Origin: a virus | Lineage: Duplodnaviria > Heunggongvirae > Uroviricota > Caudoviricetes | IMG/VR virus record: IMGVR_UViG_2534681774_000024 | Length of the DNA stretch: 8,799 nt | Strand: one strand, 5' to 3' | Shown here: positions 1 through 5,644 of the stretch, in pieces | Layout of the letters: the number at the start of each line of letters is the position of its first letter | Position numbering within the stretch: the stretch's first letter is position 1 | The notes under the pieces: model-generated | The model's database searches: none | What the model saw: the letters and a program-made list of their open reading frames with translations, nothing else | What the model was told of the DNA's origin: nothing | Made by a program: the position numbers and the translations under genes

Positions 1-666
1 CGGAAAGGTATCCATCCACAAAATCATCTGGCCGGTTACAGCGGTGTGCTTCAGGCCGATGCTTACGGTGGTTACCGGGTGTTATACGAATCCGGCAGAA
101 TAACGGAAGCCGCGTGTATGGCTCATGCCCGGAGAAAAATCCACGATGTGCATGCAAGAGTGCCCACCGACATCACCACGGAAGCCCTGCAGCGTATCGG
201 TGAACTGTATGCCATAGAGGCAGAAGTCCGGGGATGTACAGCAGAACAGCGTCTGGCGGCAAGAAAAGCCAGAGCTGCGCCACTGATGCAGTCACTGTAT
301 GACTGGATACAGACTCAGATGAAAACACTGTCGCGTCACTCGGATACGGCAAAAGCGTTCGCATACCTGCTGAAACAGTGGGATGGCCTGAACGTGTACT
401 GCAGTAATGGCTGGGTGGAAATCGACAACAACATCGCAGAGAACGCCTTACGGGGAGTGGCCGTAGGCCGGAAAAACTGGCTGTTCGCGGGTTCCGACAG
501 CGGTGGCGAACATGCGGCGGTGTTGTACTCGCTGATCGGCACATGCCGTCTGAACAATGTGGAACCAGAAAAATGGCTGCGTTACGTCATTGAGCATATC
601 CAGGATTGGCCGGCAAACCGGGTACGCGATCTGTTGCCCTGGAAAGTTGATCTGACCTCTCAGTAA
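1..666 (+). CDS. IS66-family transposase, C-terminal part (5' end lies upstream of the window)
   Basis: The frame is open from nt 1; the ORF track starts at the first Met (nt 46). The translation carries the region [29 protein letters not shown] (DNN-x-AEN-type motif) that I recall as characteristic of IS66/ISEc8-type transposases. The stop lies 30 bp before an IS66-type terminal repeat. Confidence 0.85.
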   Translation, partial: RKGIHPQNHLAGYSGVLQADAYGGYRVLYESGRITEAACMAHARRKIHDVHARVPTDITTEALQRIGELYAIEAEVRGCTAEQRLAARKARAAPLMQSLYDWIQTQMKTLSRHSDTAKAFAYLLKQWDGLNVYCSNGWVEIDNNIAENALRGVAVGRKNWLFAGSDSGGEHAAVLYSLIGTCRLNNVEPEKWLRYVIEHIQDWPANRVRDLLPWKVDLTSQ

Positions 667-696
667 ATATCAATACGGTTCTGGCGAGCCGCTTAC
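1..696 (+). mobile_element. IS66-family insertion sequence, right-hand portion with terminal inverted repeat at about 677-696; the element continues upstream of the window
   Basis: The reverse complement of 677-696 is GTAAGCGGCTCGCCAGAACC, so the outward-facing terminus begins GTAAGCG, as I recall for IS66-family ends. The integrase-like minus-strand translation stops making sense exactly at nt 696/697. The 8 bp at 697-704 (GTATATTT) are a candidate target-site duplication, but the left end is not in the window. Confidence 0.75.
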
Positions 697-1552
697 GTAT
701 ATTTCCTCCATTAATCATAAAGTGAGCAGCAAAGGTATGGCGTAGAACATGTACAGCCTGTCCTTTTGGTAGGTCTGGCTTAACACTGCGAAGCACCTTG
801 CGATATTCCTCATAATTGACGTCAAACAAAAGGCCGGATTTCTTTGTTTTGATCTCACTAACAACTTCATCAGAGACAGGAATAATTCGAACTTTTCCGT
901 TTTTAGTTTTGTTAAACGTCACGCGATTATTGATGATGTGTTCCGCGCGCAGATTTTTCGCTTCTCCCCATCTCGCCCCAGTACTGAGACAAAGTAGCGT
1001 AATCCGCCGGGCATCACCGCTTACTGCATCCAGTAATTTGGCGATTTCTTCCGTGGTGAGATACGTCATTTCGGGTGATTTTCGTTTCAAAGAGGGGAGG
1101 GCGCGGAGCGGATTTTCTCCGTGAAATTCCCCGGCATTTGCCAGGAGTGTAAACATTCCTCCGAGATCCGACTCATCACGCCGAACAGTAGACTCTTTTA
1201 CTCCCAAGGATAAACGGGAGCTTCGATAAGCGGCCATGAAACGAGCATTAATCTGGCTAACCCTTGGATCATTCATTTCTTTGATGATTTTTTTCAACCT
1301 GGTTAGAACGCCGTTAGCATATGGCTTATTGCGTCCACCCAATTCCCACCATAACGGAAGCAGATCTGAGAGATGACGTTGCTCTGTTGGCTTTTCAAGC
1401 CATTCCTTATCGTGCATGTGGCTGAGAACATAACGCTCAAAGGCCACTGCATCTGCCTTTTTCTTAAAAATCCGCTGAATCCGACGTCCACTTCGGCCAC
1501 GCGGTCTAACATCCACTTTATACCGTCCACCATCGAGCGCTTTAATTGCCAT
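697..1552 (-). pseudogene. int: P2-type tyrosine integrase, truncated at the C-terminus by the IS insertion (about 285 codons retained; catalytic Tyr region not present here)
   Basis: Part of minus-strand ORF 587-1585. Probable start is ATG 1550-1552 (MAIKALDGGRYKVDV...) with GGAGGG 7 nt upstream. It contains LCLSTGARWGEA and HVLRHTFAAHFMINGGNI, matching the P2 Int family as I recall it. After ...GGNI the reading frame continues into the IS terminal repeat ([11 protein letters not shown]... is translated IS sequence). Confidence 0.8.
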
Positions 1553-1618
1553 TGGCAAGCCCTCCGGTGAAACGAGGAAAGACATTTCCAGTTTGTAAAA
1601 CGTAAGAATAATAAAGGG

Positions 1619-1921
1619 TTAGCCAATTTTCCTTTCGGATGGGGGTAAGTCCGTTGGCTCTTGCCCATAGTGTGCGAGAGCCGGAGCTATCTGCCCGGAT
1701 TCAGGCGCAATTTTCCCAGTCATAAACCACAACGCATATTTCTCAAATCTGGGGTTGTTTAGTATTTGCTCAATTACTTCAGCATTAGGGATAGTTTTAC
1801 CGCTTTCATATCTCCACAGAGCATCACGGTTTAAACCAAGCATTTTTGCTGTATCCGGGAGGCTAGTAAGTCTCTCGCTTTCACGCATGATTTTTATGCG
1901 CTCTCCAATAGTCATACGCAT
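1619..1921 (-). CDS. C-type immunity repressor, XRE-like HTH, about 100 aa
   Basis: Minus-strand ORF 1619-1936. The ORF-track start at 1934-1936 is a TTG; the first ATG is 1919-1921 (MRMTIGERIKIMRESERL...) with GGAG 9 nt upstream. There is an HTH-like segment LPDTAKMLGLNRDALWRYESGK. Size, orientation and position (between int and the rightward early operon) match the P2 C repressor; the C-terminal ...IAPESGQIAPALAH... resembles what I recall of P2 C. Confidence 0.65.
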   Translation of the reverse strand: MRMTIGERIKIMRESERLTSLPDTAKMLGLNRDALWRYESGKTIPNAEVIEQILNNPRFEKYALWFMTGKIAPESGQIAPALAHYGQEPTDLPPSERKIG

Positions 1922-2016
1922 GTTGTAATTCTCCAACGTCTGTATTAATGTTTATGCAAATGAGTTTGATTTGGGGCATCCGTCGCAAGAAATACCCCAA
2001 ACAGGGAGATTATCAC
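1922..2016. promoter_or_regulatory. Divergent repressor / early-operon switch region (Pc/Pe-type), inferred from gene arrangement
   Basis: A 95-bp AT-rich spacer between the divergently oriented repressor and Cox-position genes. It contains imperfect repeated motifs (AATGTTTATG / AATGAGTTTGAT) that could be operator half-sites. I could not identify unambiguous -35/-10 hexamers by eye. Confidence 0.4.
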
Positions 2017-2343
2017 ATGAATGAAGAACTATTGAGGGCATTGTTTAAGATCCCAGACCCCATCACCGTCGATGAGTTTTCCCGCCGCACAGGTAAGACC
2101 GAATCAGCCGTAAGAAAGTTGGTAGAGCGTCGACTCATCCCTCTAACTACTGAGCGCGAGGTTTTAGGCGAGGAAGGGAGTTCGCGCCGTCTTCTCATCC
2201 TTTGGAATGAGTGGCTCGAAATGGTCTATGACGCAACGAAACAGCTTCCTCCTGAGCGTAAAGATTGGCGCAATCACTGGCTTAAGAAAGCCAAGAAGCT
2301 GGCGGAAGATTTGGGATTAGGCTTTCTTAATTTTGCTGCATGA
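2017..2343 (+). CDS. Cox-position small regulator / excisionase candidate (108 aa)
   Basis: ATG 2017 with AGGGAG 8 nt upstream; the upstream in-frame ATG at 1948 lacks an RBS and would fall inside the switch region. First rightward gene opposite the repressor, as cox is in P2. The basic helical segment DEFSRRTGKTESAVRKLVERRLIP is HTH-like. The sequence does not obviously match P2 Cox as I remember it, so the functional call is positional. Confidence 0.45.
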   Translation: MNEELLRALFKIPDPITVDEFSRRTGKTESAVRKLVERRLIPLTTEREVLGEEGSSRRLLILWNEWLEMVYDATKQLPPERKDWRNHWLKKAKKLAEDLGLGFLNFAA

Positions 2344-2361
2344 GATGCAGGGAGTTTTGAT

Positions 2362-2703
2362 ATGAAACAGCAACGTAATTCACGCTTTCGTAATGGTGCT
2401 GAACGCCACGCTAACCGTTTCGCTACCAGTGCATCACGCAGCAACATCCGCTACAGCCTGAGTGATACACACGCAACGCCGGATGGCTACCCAGTAAAAC
2501 AAATCGGCGAGCATGCCTGGCTGATTGAGAAAGCTGGAATCGTGGTCCACAAATGCCCACGCAATCCGTTTACCGGAAACCGCATTTTTGCATTGAGCTG
2601 CGGCGACAATCAATTCGGGCAGGATTTCACATTATACGAAGCACTTCGCACGGTTGATCGTCTGCTTCGTGGGCAAAGTTTTATTAAACAGGCTGATTTA
2701 TAA
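2362..2703 (+). CDS. Hypothetical early-operon protein (113 aa) with a strongly basic N-terminus
   Basis: ATG 2362 with AGGGAG 7 nt upstream, 18 bp after the preceding stop. The N-terminal 35 residues are rich in Arg/Asn/Ser (MKQQRNSRFRNGAERHANRF...). No family recognised. Confidence 0.5.
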   Translation: MKQQRNSRFRNGAERHANRFATSASRSNIRYSLSDTHATPDGYPVKQIGEHAWLIEKAGIVVHKCPRNPFTGNRIFALSCGDNQFGQDFTLYEALRTVDRLLRGQSFIKQADL

Positions 2704-2713
2704 CAGGTGCTTT

Positions 2714-2992
2714 ATGACCAAAGAGCATGCACAAGGTGTATTTATCCGTTTTATTGATTTTCGCGGTGAACTGTTATTACGCGCATCAGCCATTGACGGA
2801 GTTGTTCCATCCGAAAAAAACGCAGCTACTTACGTTTATCTGAACGGTACGCGCCTGACTGTGGAGCTTCCGTACCAGACCGTGCGAGAAATCATTAGCG
2901 AAGCTGAAAAGGCACGTCAGGTTAATGGCGATGAACCATATATCGAAATTATTTGTATGGATTCAGAAGCTGAAATTCAGAAAGCAGATTAA
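2714..2992 (+). CDS. Hypothetical early-operon protein (92 aa)
   Basis: The ORF-track start at 2654 is a TTG overlapping the previous gene. The first ATG is 2714, 11 nt after the upstream stop, with a weak AGGTG upstream. Composition is protein-like. No family recognised. Confidence 0.45.
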   Translation: MTKEHAQGVFIRFIDFRGELLLRASAIDGVVPSEKNAATYVYLNGTRLTVELPYQTVREIISEAEKARQVNGDEPYIEIICMDSEAEIQKAD

Positions 2993-3003
2993 AGGGCGTT
3001 GCG

Positions 3004-3246
3004 ATGGGCAAAGAATATAAAACTCTCATTAACAAAGCACTTGAACGATTTTATTTTCGCTTAAGTGCATCAGGCGCTCATGCTGAACGTGCAGCCCGTG
3101 ACTCATTGACCAGGGCAATCCGGAGTTTGTATGACGTCGCTTTTTACGCTGATGATCTGGATGCACTTAACGAACTTTCCGAGCTGATCTGTGCCGCAGA
3201 ATGCGGGGAACATATTGAACCGTATAAGCTGGGGAATATCGCATGA
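3004..3246 (+). CDS. Hypothetical early-operon protein (80 aa)
   Basis: ATG 3004 with AAAGGG 7 nt upstream. Its stop overlaps the start of the next small ORF in an ATGA arrangement. Confidence 0.5.
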   Translation: MGKEYKTLINKALERFYFRLSASGAHAERAARDSLTRAIRSLYDVAFYADDLDALNELSELICAAECGEHIEPYKLGNIA

Positions 3247-3356
3247 GTATATTTATCTCATGGCTTGTTCTGATTATTTCGGTGGCCTGCGCCATTGGAA
3301 TTATGCGAATTATTCATTCAGTAAAAAAGATTGAACGTTTTTTCACTGGTGAATAA
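3243..3356 (+). CDS. Small single-pass membrane peptide (37 aa), not in the supplied ORF track
   Basis: ATG 3243 overlaps the stop of the upstream gene (ATGA); GGGGA lies 7 nt upstream. The translation is MSIFISWLVLIISVACAIGIMRIIHSVKKIERFFTGE: one hydrophobic helix followed by a short basic tail. Stop TAA is at 3354-3356. Confidence 0.45.
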   Translation: MSIFISWLVLIISVACAIGIMRIIHSVKKIERFFTGE

Positions 3357-3450
3357 CGATACAAATAAAACATCAAATTAAATAAGAAAACGTGAAAACC
3401 ATCCGTATTAACGGAGGTATTCGCACACGCAAATAACGGAGATACAAAAA

Positions 3451-3861
3451 ATGCACGCAAAAGAAGAAGGTATCATCAGAGCACTGAAAGAAATTTCAAA
3501 GACAGAAAACGAAGTAGCGAAAAAAGCCATAGCAAATAATCATATGGACGTCGCAACCCACACACTGATAGTCGCAAGAGTCACGGCAGAAGCAGCCGAA
3601 ATTATCGCAAAACAGGATGCTGAACTGGCGGTTCTCAGAACACAACCAGTCACCGGACTGGATTTGTCTAACACCGGACGCCTTATTTACACAATTGGCT
3701 CGGAGCTACAGCGATACACCATTATCGCCGGGTTACAGGATAAATACCTGATCACTCCTCACCCCATAAGGGAATCAGAAATTCTGACAAATCTCCGCCT
3801 GATAGAGCGCTCTCAAGTCGCATTCATTGATGACGCACAGTGCACCGTATTTAACGCATAG
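3451..3861 (+). CDS. Hypothetical protein (136 aa) whose 5' end lies in an AT-rich islet
   Basis: ATG 3451, preceded by a duplicated AACGGAG motif and a roughly 95-bp AT-rich non-coding stretch. No family recognised. Confidence 0.5.
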   Translation: MHAKEEGIIRALKEISKTENEVAKKAIANNHMDVATHTLIVARVTAEAAEIIAKQDAELAVLRTQPVTGLDLSNTGRLIYTIGSELQRYTIIAGLQDKYLITPHPIRESEILTNLRLIERSQVAFIDDAQCTVFNA

Positions 3862-3884
3862 AGTTACTGGACAAAGGGGGCGCA

Positions 3885-4088
3885 ATGGCAATTAAGCATT
3901 TTCCCGTCGTTCGCTTTACCTCCAGAGGGCGCGAATACGAGGTCGACGAACGCCTGATTACCACTATCGACAAACATCGTTCGGAAAAGGATGCACACCA
4001 CATCTACCTCACTGACGGCACTTACTTCTGCGCCACTAATGTGGCGCGGGTAAACCTTATCCGACAGGTACAGGAGCCACGCAGATGA
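3885..4088 (+). CDS. Hypothetical protein (67 aa)
   Basis: ATG 3885 with AAGGGGG upstream. Its stop overlaps the next start (ATGA at 4085-4088). Confidence 0.5.
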   Translation: MAIKHFPVVRFTSRGREYEVDERLITTIDKHRSEKDAHHIYLTDGTYFCATNVARVNLIRQVQEPRR

Positions 4089-4351
4089 CCATTCTGGACT
4101 ACATCGCTACTCATCCGGGGTGTAGCGGCGGAGAGATCGCCGCAGCACTGAATACTCCAACCACAGCCATTAATGCTGAGTTACGCCAACTTTGGCGCGG
4201 CGGCTTAGTCATCAGAACAAACCGCAGCACAGGTGGTCGCGCTCGCAAAACTGGAGGCCAGGCTTCTTACCACGTAAACCCGATGCCGTTCGGGTGTAGC
4301 AATCCACTTACTCACATGTTTAACCAGCTACTGAAGGAAGCCAGAACATGA
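4085..4351 (+). CDS. Putative winged-helix DNA-binding protein (88 aa)
   Basis: ATG 4085 with AGGAG 8 nt upstream. The N-terminal LDYIATHPGCSGGEIAAALNTPTTAINAELRQLWRGGLVIR looks like a winged HTH by pattern. Translationally coupled on both sides. Confidence 0.5.
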   Translation: MTILDYIATHPGCSGGEIAAALNTPTTAINAELRQLWRGGLVIRTNRSTGGRARKTGGQASYHVNPMPFGCSNPLTHMFNQLLKEART

Positions 4352-4647
4352 GCACCATCAACCACCAGAAGCTACGCGAACTGGCATTTGCCCTGCAACG
4401 AATGGCAACACCTCAAAAATTACTGGCATTTCGCGCAATGCTCTCGCCGTCTGCTGCGCTGGCATTGCTGGATGAGCTGGAGCACGCCAGAACCACGGCT
4501 CCTGCCATTCGCCTGACGCTCCATCATGAAATCGCTGATTTCTGCGCGACATTGGAGGTGCCAGGCGAACCGGAAACGCCGGAAGCAATACAGCAAGAGC
4601 TGCTGCAACGTATTGACAAGGTTTTTGATTTTTTTCTGAACCAGTAA
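4348..4647 (+). CDS. Hypothetical protein (99 aa)
   Basis: ATG 4348 with GAAGGAAG 7 nt upstream, overlapping the upstream stop (ATGA). It is the last gene before the structured non-coding gap. Confidence 0.5.
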   Translation: MSTINHQKLRELAFALQRMATPQKLLAFRAMLSPSAALALLDELEHARTTAPAIRLTLHHEIADFCATLEVPGEPETPEAIQQELLQRIDKVFDFFLNQ

Positions 4648-4665
4648 GAAACCAGAGCATGCACA

Positions 4666-4793
4666 CACAAAAAAACCGCTTGCCATGCCGCAATCAGTCA
4701 GGTTACATTTCCGCTGCACCTCATAAAACGGGTGCCGGGTTTCGCAGCCTGCTGACTACAAGAGCGCACAACCGCGCCAGCGGTTTTTTTGTG
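4666..4793. repeat. Perfect 15-bp inverted repeat pair (CACAAAAAAACCGCT at 4666-4680; reverse complement at 4779-4793) bracketing 98 bp
   Basis: Read directly from the sequence. Each arm contains a run of seven A (or T) next to CCGCT/AGCGG. Confidence 0.7.
4770..4790 (+). terminator. Candidate intrinsic terminator: AACCGC-GCCA-GCGGTT hairpin running into T7
   Basis: A 6-bp stem (4770-4775 / 4780-4785) with a 4-nt loop, followed by a T-run through 4790. The stem is short, so this is tentative. It sits about 120 bp downstream of the stop of ORF 4348-4647. Confidence 0.35.
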
Positions 4794-4969
4794 CGTACTG
4801 TATTGCCACGTTTTTTTCGCGTCAGAATTATGGCGGGGCGTACGGGGCCGACTTCGGTCGGGCCGGGATCTCTTGTAGCCGGTACTGCGAACCTCGTACG
4901 TCTCGCCACCCACAGTTTCGCAGCTCTGGATGGTGAGTTTTCACAACTTACTACAAGAGGCCACATATC

Positions 4970-5200
4970 ATGGCAAACCGCAAACAGCACCGCACTATCG
5001 CGGAGCGTCGTCACATCCAGACTGAAATCAACCGCAGACTTTCCCGCGCATTCCGCGTCGCTAAAATCATGCACATCAATATGCTGCATGAGCGTAGCTG
5101 CGAACTTTCAAACCTCTATTCATCCGCTGTTTTCAGCTATCTGGCGGATGATCTGCGCGAGCTTCAACAGCTCATCCAGCAGCAAAACAAACTCCATTAA
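4970..5200 (+). CDS. Hypothetical protein (76 aa), predicted helical
   Basis: ATG 4970 with AAGAGG 9 nt upstream. The product is Arg/Gln-rich but protein-like, whereas the overlapping frame (ORF 4659-5276) is Ser/Arg-rich and low-complexity. Confidence 0.5.
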   Translation: MANRKQHRTIAERRHIQTEINRRLSRAFRVAKIMHINMLHERSCELSNLYSSAVFSYLADDLRELQQLIQQQNKLH

Positions 5201-5272
5201 TTCCTGTTCCGGACCTTTCCTGCACCTTGCGGCGGGAGGCCTTCGCACATCTGTAACAAGAGGATTGCCGCA

Positions 5273-5638
5273 ATGATTCTCGCCAACGACTTTCTTGAAT
5301 ACCTGCTCAACACAGAACGTGATCTTGCCGCTCGCGTGCGTGATCGTTATGACATGTACCTGAAATCCCTGCCTGTACCGCAGCTCGCTGACGGAAAGAT
5401 TGTTATTGATGGTCGCTACATGATTGACAGCCACGAGGGAAATTACAGGCTTTACCGCATTGAAGGTGGCACCCCGTCCGTTATTGGCATTTACCAGCGC
5501 CCATCCTCTGCAATCGTCGATGTGATTGCCGACAGCATCCGCATCACACATCGCCATGCCGACACAGAAGACACCGTGCTGGAAATTCAGCGGCTGGCTG
5601 CCGTCTGCCGCGACACCCTGAATGGCATGACGAAGTAA
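5273..5638 (+). CDS. Hypothetical protein (121 aa) immediately upstream of gene A
   Basis: ATG 5273 with AAGAGG 9 nt upstream. Its stop is 6 nt before the gene A start. Confidence 0.5.
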   Translation: MILANDFLEYLLNTERDLAARVRDRYDMYLKSLPVPQLADGKIVIDGRYMIDSHEGNYRLYRIEGGTPSVIGIYQRPSSAIVDVIADSIRITHRHADTEDTVLEIQRLAAVCRDTLNGMTK

Positions 5639-5644
5639 ATCACT

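Noticed and set aside
173-557. Minus-strand ORFs 173-544 and 336-557 inside the transposase gene
   Set aside because: They are antisense to the IS66 transposase reading frame and have junk-like composition.
587-696. Apparent C-terminal 36 residues of the integrase ORF ([11 protein letters not shown]...)
   Set aside because: This is a read-through translation of the IS66 terminal repeat and transposase 3' region, not integrase sequence. The true integrase reading ends at the insertion point.
1948-2016. Upstream ATG at 1948 as the Cox-position gene start (131-aa version)
   Set aside because: There is no Shine-Dalgarno sequence, and it would place coding sequence across the divergent promoter/operator spacer. 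ATG 2017 has AGGGAG at the correct spacing.
4755-4959. Repeated ACTACAAGAG motif (4755-4764, 4950-4959; inverted copy 4870-4878) as an operator set
   Set aside because: The motif overlaps the AAGAGG ribosome-binding context also used by ORF 5273 (ACAAGAGG at 5255-5262). The repeats are probably RBS-related or chance; I mention them only within the structured-gap finding.
4659-5276. 205-aa plus-strand ORF spanning the non-coding gap and ORF 4970
   Set aside because: No RBS, and the translation is Ser/Arg/Thr-rich and low-complexity. The alternative frame (4970-5200) has an RBS and protein-like composition.
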